Assembly (NCBI GenBank): GCA_963788385.1 | Contig: CAWBGR010000012.1 | Location: forward strand, 24,843-88,842 | Length of the DNA: 64,000 nucleotides | Reading direction: 5' to 3' | Source: an uncultured Solirubrobacterales bacterium | GTDB taxonomy: Bacteria; Actinomycetota; Thermoleophilia; Solirubrobacterales; Solirubrobacteraceae | Shown here: piece after piece, positions 53,885 through 62,512 of the stretch | Position numbering within the stretch: position 1 is the stretch's first letter | How the letters are laid out: the number at the start of each line of letters is the position of its first letter | Translations under genes and position numbers: made by a program | The notes under the pieces: model-generated | Seen by the model: only the letters and a program-made list of their open reading frames with translations | The model's database searches: none | What the model was told of the DNA's origin: nothing

Positions 53885-54916
53885 TCACGCTCGGGGCGGC
53901 TCATGAGTGCGGGCAAACAGGCGGACGTGAGCGGGCTCGACGCGCAGACCGACGGCTGAGCCTTCGCTGAGGCTGCTCGCCGTCTCGTCGCCGAGCCGCG
54001 TCTGGACGACGAATCGGCTGAGTCTGATCAGGAGGCCGCCCTCGTAAGGGCGTACCCCCACGACGTGGTCGATCAGCGTGCTCGTGCGTGGGTTCGCGAG
54101 CTTTAGCTCCCAGGGGTGGATCGCGATCTGCACCGGCCCTTCGGCGCGGCTGTCGCTGACCAGCTCGCCGCCGCCGTCCAGCGTGACCGCCGAGCCGTGG
54201 GCGCCCGGCGTCGCGGTGGCGGAGACGATGTTCGCGCCGGTGAGCGCGGCGACGACTGCGCTCGCGGGACGGTCGAGCAGCTCGGATGCGCTGCCCACCT
54301 GCTCGAGATGACCCCTGTCGAGCACCGCGACGCGTTGAGCGAGAGCGCTGGCGTCCTCGAAGGAGTGTGTGACCAGCACGACCGGCAGCGCCAGCTTTTG
54401 CAAACGGTCGCCGAGCTCGTCGCGCACCTGCGCATGCGTCGTCGCATCGAGTGCGGCGAACGGCTCGTCGAGGAGCAACACGCGGGGTTCGCGCGCGAGC
54501 GCGCGCGCGAGCGCCACGCGCTGGCGCTCTCCGCCGGAGAGCTGCGGAGGGCGCGCGCCGGCGAGGTGCGCAATCCCGAGACGCTCAAGCAGGTCGGGGC
54601 GGTTGCGCTTGGCGGCGAAACGAACGTTCGCTGCCACCGTGAGGTGGGGAAACAAGCCGTAGTCCTGGGGCACGTATCCGACCCGGCGATGCTCCGGCTC
54701 CAACCGCACCCCGTTCTCAGTGTCGAGCCAGACATCACCGGCGAGCGTGATGCGCCCGCGGGATGGGCGCTCGAGCCCTGCGATGGTGCGCAGAAGTGAG
54801 CTCTTGCCGGCACCCGACGGCCCGACCAGGGCAACTGTTTCAACACCGAGCGACAGGGCGACCGTGAGCTCGAATGCGCGTCGGGCTAACGCGATATCGA
54901 TCTCGAGCTGGGCCAT
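53885..54916 (-). CDS. modC: molybdate ABC transporter ATP-binding protein with C-terminal TOBE/Mop domain
   Basis: Walker A GPSGAGKSS, signature LSGGERQRVALARAL, Walker B LLLDEPF. C-terminal ~110-aa TOBE-like region. Follows modA-modB. Confidence 0.85.
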   Translation of the reverse strand: MAQLEIDIALARRAFELTVALSLGVETVALVGPSGAGKSSLLRTIAGLERPSRGRITLAGDVWLDTENGVRLEPEHRRVGYVPQDYGLFPHLTVAANVRFAAKRNRPDLLERLGIAHLAGARPPQLSGGERQRVALARALAREPRVLLLDEPFAALDATTHAQVRDELGDRLQKLALPVVLVTHSFEDASALAQRVAVLDRGHLEQVGSASELLDRPASAVVAALTGANIVSATATPGAHGSAVTLDGGGELVSDSRAEGPVQIAIHPWELKLANPRTSTLIDHVVGVRPYEGGLLIRLSRFVVQTRLGDETASSLSEGSAVGLRVEPAHVRLFARTHEPPRA

Positions 54917-55725
54917 GAGCCGAGGAATTTCGCGGCGAGGAGGATGGTGCCGCTGAAGATGAGCAGGAGAACTCCGATCGCGACGGCCTGGTCGAGGTTG
55001 GCGTCGAACAGGCTGTAAACGGCGGTTGCAAGAGTCTGGGTAACGCCCTGAAAGCTACCCGCGAACAGGATCGTGGCCCCGAACTCGCCTATTCCGCGGG
55101 CGAAGGCGAGCGCCGCGGAGGCACCCAGGCCCACCCGCGCGAGCGGTATGGCCACACGCACCATCCGCCGCAGTCGTCCGGCCCCAAGGGTCGCGGCGAC
55201 ATCGATCAGCGTCGAGTCGATCGCCTCGAATGCCGCGATCGCACCGCGAATGTAGAACGGGCTGGCGACGAACGTGATCGCCATCACCACGGCTGTGGGC
55301 GTGAACAGGACGTTCACCCCGAGCACGTGGAGCGCGTGTCCGAGCAGTCCGAGCCGACCATAGGCGACGAGTAGCGCGATGCCCGAGACCGCCGGCGGCA
55401 TCACGAGCGGTAACTCGATCAGCGTGATCACGAGCCTGCGCCCGCGAAAGCGGTTTCTTCCGATCACGTAGGCGAGCGGCGTCCCGAGCCCGATCGTGAG
55501 CGCCATCGCGACCGCGTTGGTCTTGAGCGAGACGACGATCGCGTCGGTCGTGACCGGCTGGCCGAGTTCGTCGATGAGCCGTCCCAGCGGTTGATAGGTG
55601 ACGAGCGCGACGATAGGCACGAGCAGGAAGCCCATGACGAGCGCAATCACCAGGCCGAGCGCGACTACCACGGCGATACGTCCCAGCGAGGAAGGTGTCC
55701 TCGCTCGGACGTAGCCGCCGATCAC
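54886..55725 (-). CDS. modB: molybdate ABC transporter permease
   Basis: EAA loop region AATLGAGRLRRMVRVAIPLARVGL and 5-6 TM helices. GTG at 55725 lies 8 nt after the modA stop; the upstream part of the ORF is Arg/Ser-rich and overlaps modA. Confidence 0.85.
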   Translation of the reverse strand: MIGGYVRARTPSSLGRIAVVVALGLVIALVMGFLLVPIVALVTYQPLGRLIDELGQPVTTDAIVVSLKTNAVAMALTIGLGTPLAYVIGRNRFRGRRLVITLIELPLVMPPAVSGIALLVAYGRLGLLGHALHVLGVNVLFTPTAVVMAITFVASPFYIRGAIAAFEAIDSTLIDVAATLGAGRLRRMVRVAIPLARVGLGASAALAFARGIGEFGATILFAGSFQGVTQTLATAVYSLFDANLDQAVAIGVLLLIFSGTILLAAKFLGSWPSSRSISR

Positions 55726-55732
55726 TGCGAGG

Positions 55733-56515
55733 TCATCCCTTGCCGAAGCCGGCCGCCCGCAGAAGCCTCTGGCCCTTCGACGACAGCACGAGCTTGATGA
55801 ACGCTTGGGCTGCCGCCAGGTTCGGGGTTGCCTTGACGACCGCGATGAAGTCCTGCGTATGCGGCATCGCCGCCGCCGGCAGCAGGATCGGCGTGACCTT
55901 GTTCTTTGCTGCCAGTGCGTCGGTGATGTAGACGAAGCCGACGTCGCCCTGCCCGGCCGCGATCTGGGCCACGACCTGGGTGACATCGGTCTCCTCGCTC
56001 ACGATGTTCGCGTCCGCCGCGGCCGTGATACCCAGGTTCGCGAAGGCCGATGACGCGTAGTCGCCGCATGGGACGGTGGCGTTGCAGACGACGATCTTCA
56101 CGCCGGGATTGGTGATGTCGGCCACGGACTTGATGTGGGCCGGATTGTCCTTCGGCACGATCATGACGAGCAGGTTCGTCGCAAACTCGACCGGCTTGTA
56201 CACCAGTCCGGCGGTGTACAGCGCCTCGGGATCCTTGAAGTTCGCGGCCGCGTACACGTCGGCCGGCGCGCCCTGCTCGATGTCCGTCTCAAGCGCGCCG
56301 GAGCCGTTGAAGGTGTAGTTCTCAAACGGCGCGATGTTCGGAAATACGTTAGCCAGGGACGCTGCTCCCAGGATGTTCAGCCGCACGTGCGCGTCGCGCG
56401 CAACCGGCGCAGCCTGCCCCACCGCCGAGTTTGCCAGGACCGCGCAGGCCCCGATCGCACCGGTCACGGCCACCGCCGCGAAGCGGCGTTTCGTGGCCAT
56501 CGAACTCATCCTCAT
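55733..56515 (-). CDS. modA: molybdate ABC transporter substrate-binding protein
   Basis: Signal peptide. LNILGAASLANVF...ADVYAAANF...FATNLLVMIVPKDNP...IVVCNATVPCGDYA, typical of ModA. AGGAGGA RBS upstream of the ATG. Confidence 0.9.
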   Translation of the reverse strand: MRMSSMATKRRFAAVAVTGAIGACAVLANSAVGQAAPVARDAHVRLNILGAASLANVFPNIAPFENYTFNGSGALETDIEQGAPADVYAAANFKDPEALYTAGLVYKPVEFATNLLVMIVPKDNPAHIKSVADITNPGVKIVVCNATVPCGDYASSAFANLGITAAADANIVSEETDVTQVVAQIAAGQGDVGFVYITDALAAKNKVTPILLPAAAMPHTQDFIAVVKATPNLAAAQAFIKLVLSSKGQRLLRAAGFGKG

Positions 56516-56654
56516 ACGCGTCCTCCTGGGTGGTTATTGCCGGCGAGAAGAGAGATTTTTAGTCAGGTCCTGATGATACTGAGCCGTCCGGCACGTCGCC
56601 GTCGCCGTAGCGGCCAAGTGGTGTTCTTGGCGCGGGCGCGGTAGCGTCGGAAAA

Positions 56655-57194
56655 ATGGAGTCCGCATCCGAAGAGCCATCGCTGGACGCTTTGGCGACCC
56701 TCGGACTGCTCGCGGAACGAGATACCCATGGCTGGACGCTCGTCCGCGCAATGGCACCGCAGGGCGAGATCGGACGCGTCTGGTCTGTCCGGCGAGCAGT
56801 CGTATATCGAACGATCAGGCTGATGATCGACGCCGGGCTCGTCGAGCCGGCGGGCATCGAGCACGGCGCCCGCGGAGCGCCGCGTACCCTGCTCCACCTG
56901 ACCCCGGCCGGCCGCCGCACCTTCGAACGATGGCTCGCCGAGCCCGTCGAGCACGTACGCGACCTGCGTTCAGCTCTGCTGCTGAAGCTCCTGTTCGCGC
57001 AACGTGCGGGGCTCGCCTGCGCGCCGCTGTTGCGGGCTCAGCAGGCCATCCTGGCGGAGACCGTCGAGGCCCTCGACACCCAGCTCAACGACCAAGACCC
57101 GATCGATCTGACGCTGCGCGCCTTCCGCCTCTGGACCGCGCGCGCCGGACTGCTATTCGTCGAAGGAGAACTCGCACGGCTCGGCGACGGTTAG
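56655..57194 (+). CDS. PadR family transcriptional regulator
   Basis: Winged HTH: LATLGLLAERDTHGWTLVRAM...VWSVRRAVVYRTIRLMIDAGLVEP. C-terminal coiled region. Confidence 0.85.
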   Translation: MESASEEPSLDALATLGLLAERDTHGWTLVRAMAPQGEIGRVWSVRRAVVYRTIRLMIDAGLVEPAGIEHGARGAPRTLLHLTPAGRRTFERWLAEPVEHVRDLRSALLLKLLFAQRAGLACAPLLRAQQAILAETVEALDTQLNDQDPIDLTLRAFRLWTARAGLLFVEGELARLGDG

Positions 57195-57367
57195 CGCAAC
57201 GATCGAAGCAGAGTGGCGCGCATCTCGGCTGTTGCAACCCCGATGGCTGCCCCTGTCAGGCGGTTTGACGAGTGGCGTCGTTGCCGGTGAGCCGCGATGA
57301 TTCGGTTGCGAGCACGCAGCCCGACAGCGGCGGCGGGGAGCGCGGCCCAACCTCGGATCCGACCGCT

Positions 57368-57835
57368 TCAAGCGGCCAAGCCGTCGCCGCGGCGGCTCGC
57401 GAGAGCCGCCGCGTAAACGAGCCACAGCGCGCCATCGACCCACGTAAAGCGCGATGTCACCGACGTGGCGACCGTCCCGTTAGCCGCGATGTAATGCCTC
57501 GTCTGGTACTGCCCGAGGACCACCTCGAGGATGATCAGCGGCACGAGCAGGACAAGATCATCAACCAGCACGGCTCCAACCCGTGACCACCAGCCCGCAA
57601 GGGCATAGCTGGGCACGTCAGGAGCCGGCAGGCGGTGCTCGCCACCGGGTAGATCGCTCCCGTAGCGCGGGGCGTCAAAGGGGTTCGCCGCTTCGCCGCT
57701 CACCGCACCTTCATCGGCTCCATGCCCGATTCGCCCAGGCGGCTGCCTCGATACTCGGCAAGCGGGCGGCGGAGACTTATCGATACCTCGTCCTCGCCGA
57801 CCTCGGCGCTGAAGCAGCGAAACATCTGGAGCCAT
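57368..57835 (-). CDS. RDD-family membrane protein, apparently C-terminally truncated (possible remnant)
   Basis: YALAGWWSRVGAVLVDDLVLLVPLIIL is a typical RDD start. The ORF stops after two helices, where the family normally continues (G-x-T-x-GK...). N-terminal start uncertain. Confidence 0.5.
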   Translation of the reverse strand: MAPDVSLLQRRGRRGRGIDKSPPPACRVSRQPPGRIGHGADEGAVSGEAANPFDAPRYGSDLPGGEHRLPAPDVPSYALAGWWSRVGAVLVDDLVLLVPLIILEVVLGQYQTRHYIAANGTVATSVTSRFTWVDGALWLVYAAALASRRGDGLAA

Positions 57836-57926
57836 GCTCCGGGGTCTCCGGGCCGCTGCAACGTGATCACGAATCGCAGCTGGATCGTCGTGAGGGCGGG
57901 AGTTGTGCTCAGCCCAGAAACGTGTA

Positions 57927-57950
57927 ATCTACAACCATATGGTTGTAGAT
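57927..57950. promoter_or_regulatory. perfect 24-bp palindrome at the start of the arsR-family gene (candidate autoregulatory operator)
   Basis: ATCTACAACCAT|ATGGTTGTAGAT: 12-nt arms, no spacer, verified base by base. It sits in an AT-richer patch, and the central ATG (57939) is an in-frame candidate start. Confidence 0.5.
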
Positions 57951-58286
57951 CGATTGACCGATGAAATGACTGATCGCGTGTTCTTGGCGTTGGGTGCGGC
58001 GACTCGACGCGACATCCTCGCGCGGGCGATCCGCCAGGAGCAGTCAGTCTCGGCGCTGGCACGTCGCTACGAGATGAGCTTTGCCGCGGTGCAGAAGCAC
58101 GTCGCTGTGCTGGAGCGGGCCGCACTCGTCACCAAGCAACGGCGCGGCCGCGAGCAGATCGTCCGCTGCAACCTCCCGACGCTACGTAAGGCCGCCGCGC
58201 TGCTCGACGCGTACGAGCAACTGTGGATTGCACGCGTAACACAAATCGCCGACGTTCTCGCCGGCGAGGAAAGGATCACGAGATGA
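57939..58286 (+). CDS. ArsR/SmtB family transcriptional regulator
   Basis: HTH: TRRDILARAIRQEQSVSALARRYEMSFAAVQKHVAVLERAALV. Stop overlaps the next gene's start (ATGA). Alternative starts at 57903 or 57966. Confidence 0.85.
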   Translation: MVVDRLTDEMTDRVFLALGAATRRDILARAIRQEQSVSALARRYEMSFAAVQKHVAVLERAALVTKQRRGREQIVRCNLPTLRKAAALLDAYEQLWIARVTQIADVLAGEERITR

Positions 58287-58795
58287 CGGTCATCAGCACG
58301 ACAAAGGACCCGGATGCGTTGACGATGACGCTGGTCGCACATTTCGACGCGAATCCCGACCGGGTCTGGGAGGTCTGGGAGGATCCGCGCAAGCTGGAGC
58401 GCTGGTGGGGTCCGCCAACGTTCCCGGCGACCTTTACCCGTCATGAGTTCAGGGTCGGCGGCGAGTCCCGGTACTTCATGACCGGTCCGGCAGGCGAGAC
58501 GCCTCGTGGCTGGTGGCGCATCGACGCGATCGACAAGCCACGCCGGCTGGAGTTCGCCAACGGGCTCGCCGGTGAAGACGGGGAGCCGATAGGCGGCGTC
58601 GAGCCGATGGCCGGCCATGTCACCTTCGTGGACGCCGACGGCGGAACCCGGCTGACCGTGATCACCCGTTTCACCGACGTTGAACAGATGCAGAGAATGC
58701 TCGCGATGGGCATGCAGGAAGGAATGACACAGGCGATCGGGCAGATCGACGCCCTCCTCACTCCCGGCCCGGTCCTGCGTGGCGAAACCGATTAG
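58283..58795 (+). CDS. SRPBCC-superfamily protein (AHSA1/Aha1-like START-fold)
   Basis: VWEVWEDPRKLERWWGPP...GGESRYFMTGPAGETPRGWWRIDAIDKPRRLEF. The classic ArsR-AHSA1 gene pair. Confidence 0.85.
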   Translation: MTVISTTKDPDALTMTLVAHFDANPDRVWEVWEDPRKLERWWGPPTFPATFTRHEFRVGGESRYFMTGPAGETPRGWWRIDAIDKPRRLEFANGLAGEDGEPIGGVEPMAGHVTFVDADGGTRLTVITRFTDVEQMQRMLAMGMQEGMTQAIGQIDALLTPGPVLRGETD

Positions 58796-58850
58796 TTTGG
58801 CCTGTCACCGCGGGCGTTGTTTCTGATAACCCATTCCAGGAGGACGCAAG

Positions 58851-59240
58851 ATGAGTAAGACAGCAACGCTGGTGCGCCAGATCAGCCTCGTGTGCGTTCC
58901 GACCATCGACCAAGACCAGGCGATTGGATTCTACGAATCGATCGGCTTCGAGAAGCGCACCGACATGCCGTTTGGCGGCCGCTACCGTTGGGTCGAGGTC
59001 TACCTGCCCAAGGACACGACCGGGATCGCATTGGCACCACCGCCGCCGGGGCAGCAGGTCGAACCGGTCCAGACCGGTATCACGCTGGCGACAGATGACA
59101 TCGACGCCACGCACGCCGAGTTCAGGTCACTCGGTATAGACGTCGACGCCGAGGTCGCGCGGATGGGCGATCCGGTCCCGCCGATGTTCTGGTTTCGCGA
59201 CCCGAGCGGTCACTCACTGATGGTCGTCGAGCAACGCTGA
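58851..59240 (+). CDS. VOC family protein (glyoxalase/bleomycin-resistance fold)
   Basis: 129 aa. VPTIDQDQAIGFYESIGFEK...WFRDPSGHSLMVVE, typical paired beta-alpha-beta-beta-beta modules. Confidence 0.9.
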   Translation: MSKTATLVRQISLVCVPTIDQDQAIGFYESIGFEKRTDMPFGGRYRWVEVYLPKDTTGIALAPPPPGQQVEPVQTGITLATDDIDATHAEFRSLGIDVDAEVARMGDPVPPMFWFRDPSGHSLMVVEQR

Positions 59241-59733
59241 GCACCGCCCGCGTGAGGGGCACCTACTTCGCGGATCTCGCCACGGGGTGGAGCACGCAGG
59301 CTCGCGACCAAGGCGGCCGGCACCATAATGCCTGCGGCGAGCACGAGCAGTCCCGTGAACACGCCGCTTCGGCGGCGCCGGCGCGCAGCCTGCCTACCCG
59401 CAGGCCTGTTTGGTTTGGCGTTGGGAGCGGCGAGGTGGCGTTGTCCTGCTTGCTTGGCGGCGACTGCCGCTGCGTGCCGGCTTCGCCAGCGGCCTGCTGA
59501 GAGGCCTTACCTCGATCGGGCGCGCACGCTCGCAACGGCGCGTGTCGCGCCGCCGGCGAAGGCGCCCGGTACCGCGAGAGCGGCGGCCGTCAAGCCCGGG
59601 GCAACGGCGGTCGTTCCTGCTGCGACGCGTGGTGTCAGACGTGGGCTCAGGTGGTCCTTGCGAGGAAAGTTGACAAGGTGGCTAGAGGCTGCGAGCACGC
59701 GACCGCATGCCTGCGAAGCGGCTGGCGCGTTCG

Positions 59734-61311
59734 TCAGCCATCGGCGGACGCGCTGGGGCTTGCGGGCTGCCACAACTGCGAGACGGGGCTGGGGCGCCCG
59801 ATCAGGAAGCCCTGTGCGTAGTCGACGCCGATCCGGCGAAGCTCATCCAGAGTGGCGTGGTCTTCGACGCCTTCGGCGATCGTCTCGAGCCCAAGCTGTC
59901 GTGCGACGCCGACGATCGCGTGCACGATCTGGCGGCTCTCCGGGTCGTTCAGCATGTCGCGCACGAACTGAACGTCGATCTTCAGATAGTCGACCGGCAG
60001 CTGGTGCAGGTAGGTGAAGGCGGCGTAGCCGACGCCGAAGTCGTCGAGTGCGAACTTGCAGCCGAGGGTGTGCAGCCGTGTCGCGAAGATCCGTGCGGCA
60101 GCGAGGTTGTCGGCGACGGCGGTCTCGGTTATCTCGAAGGTGAGGTTGCCGGCGACAGCGCCGCCGATCAGGATCGCCTCCTCGATTCGCTCGATTCCGC
60201 GGCTGGCTGACATCGTGCGGGCCGAGAGGTTGACGGCGACGCGATGGCCCGCCGCAGCGAGCTCGATCGCTCGATCGGTGACCCACCCGTCGATCACGCC
60301 GATCAGGTCGTAGCGTTCCGCGGCGAGCACGAACTCGCGCGGCTCGAGCAGGTCTTCGCCGCCGACGCTGCGGCGCATCCGCACGAGCAGCTCGACCTGC
60401 CCATCCCGTTCGCCGCCGTTCAGGTTGATGATCGGCTGGCCGTAGAGAACGAAGCGGTCCTGCTCCAGCGCCGAGTAGATCATCTCCGTGTACCAGGCGA
60501 GCTCCTGGGCGGCGAGTGCCTCGTGGCGACGGTCGGTGATGTCGGTCGACTCGACACAGACCGCGTCGATCGCCCCACTGTCGTCGCGCAGCGGAAACCG
60601 CGTCGTGATGAACACGCGCTCCCGGCCACCGCGCATGCGCACCTCCTCCTCGCGGATCGTCTGGCCGGCCAGCACCAGGCGCTCGGTGGCGTGAACCGTG
60701 TCGATCGAGGCAGGCGGCAGCAGCGTGCGGTCGCGCTGCCCGACGATCCGCTCGCGACGCACGCCGTAGAAGCGCTCGAATTCGCGGTTGACGAGCCGGT
60801 AGCGGAAGTCAGCGCCCTTGACGAAGATCACCGCCGGTGTGTTGTCGATCACCGAACGCAACGTCTGCTCGCTCTCGCGTGACAGTTGCGCCAGCGCGCG
60901 CCGTTCGGTGCTGTCGTTCAGATGTGAGAGGAAGCACAGTGGCTCGCCCGATTCGTCACGGATCAGCTCCGCGTGGACGCGCGCCCACAGAACCGAGTGG
61001 TCCTTGCGCGTGTAGCGCTTCTCGCGCTCCGACGTGGCCGACCCGCCGGCGAGCGCGGCGGCCATGAACTCGCGATCCGCCGCGACGTCCTCGGCGTGGG
61101 TGAAGTCCTGAAAGGCGGCGGCCCGCAGCTCGTCGGGGGAATACCCAAGCAGCAGGCAATAGGCGTCGTTGATCGCGAGCCAGCGGCCGTCCAGTGCGGC
61201 CACGCTGATCGCGCTTGGCGAGCGCTCGAAAGCGGCACGCAGCATCTCATCGGACGCGTGCGGCCAAGTCTCCGGCGAGCCGGCGTCCGCAATGCTGCGA
61301 GGGACCGCCAT
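59734..61311 (-). CDS. PAS/PAC sensor domains + EAL-domain c-di-GMP phosphodiesterase (no GGDEF domain seen)
   Basis: Two PAS-like segments. EAL domain with ELLVR, NLS, EITET, DDFGVGY, KID, AEGVE and QGFL catalytic blocks intact. ATG at 61311 (GGGAAGG upstream); the longest ORF uses TTG at 61344. Confidence 0.9.
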   Translation of the reverse strand: MAVPRSIADAGSPETWPHASDEMLRAAFERSPSAISVAALDGRWLAINDAYCLLLGYSPDELRAAAFQDFTHAEDVAADREFMAAALAGGSATSEREKRYTRKDHSVLWARVHAELIRDESGEPLCFLSHLNDSTERRALAQLSRESEQTLRSVIDNTPAVIFVKGADFRYRLVNREFERFYGVRRERIVGQRDRTLLPPASIDTVHATERLVLAGQTIREEEVRMRGGRERVFITTRFPLRDDSGAIDAVCVESTDITDRRHEALAAQELAWYTEMIYSALEQDRFVLYGQPIINLNGGERDGQVELLVRMRRSVGGEDLLEPREFVLAAERYDLIGVIDGWVTDRAIELAAAGHRVAVNLSARTMSASRGIERIEEAILIGGAVAGNLTFEITETAVADNLAAARIFATRLHTLGCKFALDDFGVGYAAFTYLHQLPVDYLKIDVQFVRDMLNDPESRQIVHAIVGVARQLGLETIAEGVEDHATLDELRRIGVDYAQGFLIGRPSPVSQLWQPASPSASADG

Positions 61312-61380
61312 GGGGATGACCTTCCCGGGCGAGCGGCGCCGCAACGGACGCTCGCACGCTCATATGGGCTGATCGCCGTC

Positions 61381-61447
61381 GGCGGCCCGGCCGGCTCCTA
61401 CGGAGCCCCGTGGCTTTGCGAACCCGCCTCGCGACGGGGGTGCCCGG
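61381..61447 (-). promoter_or_regulatory. tentative c-di-GMP-I (GEMM-I)-like RNA element in the 5' leader of the PAS-EAL gene
   Basis: Minus-strand RNA: CCGGGCACCCCCGUCGCGAGGCGGGUUCGCAAAGCCACGGGGCUCCGUAGGAGCCGGCCGGGCCGCC. It has a GCA start, a 6-bp helix closed by the GNRA loop GCGA, the CGCAAAGCC block, then a second hairpin. Judged by eye only, and it has deviations from the consensus. Confidence 0.25.
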
Positions 61448-61789
61448 TTCAGGAAACCCAGCCAGGTTGTGCAACAGCTATCGGCGCGCGAGACGCCCGG
61501 CTTGAACGGGCGGCGAAGCACCCGGAGTAGCAGGACGCCGACGCGCCGATCGGAGCGGCACGGCACGCCGCTCTGCTAGGCACTGGTGCTACTCCTCGCA
61601 GCCCGTGCGAGCGAGCAGGTCGCTGTCGCGCGCGGCGTCGCGCAGCGGCCGGTGATCTCGCCCGATTCCGCGCCGGGCATTTTCCGAGGCGAACCGTGTT
61701 CACAGCTATCTGACGAAGGCTCGCACCAGGGCCACGAAGCGTCCGCGCCGGCCCATTGCTCGAGGACGAGCGTGGGATGGCCCGCGGTA

Positions 61790-62512
61790 TCAGCTGCTCG
61801 GAACGGCGGATCGTTGGGAATAACGCGCGTGCATGTAGATCAGCTCGGCCGTCGTGAAGGTTGGTTCGCAGGTCTCGTTGGTCGTGTTGAACAGCAGGGC
61901 GTCCAGCTGCCAGCCGCTCAGCTGGAAGGCGTCCGGTAGCTGCCAGCATCCGTCTACGGGCAGCCCGAGCCAGTAGGCGACCTCGCGTGAGAGCGTTTCC
62001 TGCTCCGGACCGACCGAGCCTGCGCTGATGACGATGCCGTCCTGCGACACCGCGGCGGGTGGTGGCGTGAACAGCGTGGGGAACGTCGCCCAGCCGGTGA
62101 GGCCGGGACCAAGCCCGGTGATGTAGAGGTTCAGGGCCGAGTAGCCGGTCGCGTAGTCAGGGATCTCGCCGCTGAAGACGGTTTGCGCGTTGTAGGTGCT
62201 CTTCATCGCCCGCTCAGCCGGCGAGCCCGGCGTGATACCCGACGCGAACTGCGGCGCAAGCCTGAAGAAGGTAGCGGCCGGGAGAAACGAAAAGCCGGTA
62301 CCCGCGTAATCCAGATTCAGCTGACGAACCTGCGCGTCGACCGCATGAAGAGGCAACGGGCAGCTGGTCGGGGTCGCACAGAAGACGTTCAGATAGACCG
62401 GCACGATCTGCGCCGGCGGCACGTAGGTGGCCGCCGAGCTTTGGGAGGCAAACACCAGGGCGAGCAGGAGCGGCGCGGCGACTGCGAGCTTTCTGATCGA
62501 ACGACGCATCAC
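61790..62512 (-). CDS. secreted M43 (pappalysin/cytophagalysin)-like protein lacking all three zinc-binding histidines (predicted pseudo-protease)
   Basis: Signal peptide MMRRSIRKLAVAAPLLLALVFASQSSA. M43-like blocks VPVYLNVF, QVRQLNLDYAGTGFSF, LNLYITG...GWATFP, DGIVISAGS. The HExxHxxGxxH position reads REVAYWLGLPV. Confidence 0.7.
   Translation of the reverse strand: MMRRSIRKLAVAAPLLLALVFASQSSAATYVPPAQIVPVYLNVFCATPTSCPLPLHAVDAQVRQLNLDYAGTGFSFLPAATFFRLAPQFASGITPGSPAERAMKSTYNAQTVFSGEIPDYATGYSALNLYITGLGPGLTGWATFPTLFTPPPAAVSQDGIVISAGSVGPEQETLSREVAYWLGLPVDGCWQLPDAFQLSGWQLDALLFNTTNETCEPTFTTAELIYMHARYSQRSAVPSS

Noticed and set aside
56516-56654. Looked for a Moco riboswitch or ModE box upstream of modA (also upstream of moaA, 30445..30508)
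   Set aside because: The moaA leader is only 64 nt. The modA/padR spacer shows none of the conserved Moco-motif blocks or TATAT-type ModE half-sites. It has only a short palindrome, TCAGGTCCTGA (56563..56573), too short to call; it might be a PadR site.
59241-59733. 493-bp gap with several short or overlapping ORFs (59252..59500 +, 59263..59535 -, 59328..60017 +, 59507..59773 -)
   Set aside because: All candidates are Arg/Ala/Pro-rich or overlap the EAL gene end. None has a convincing start, RBS or motif, and I saw no tRNA-like T-arm (GGTTCGA-type) or other RNA signature. Left unannotated.
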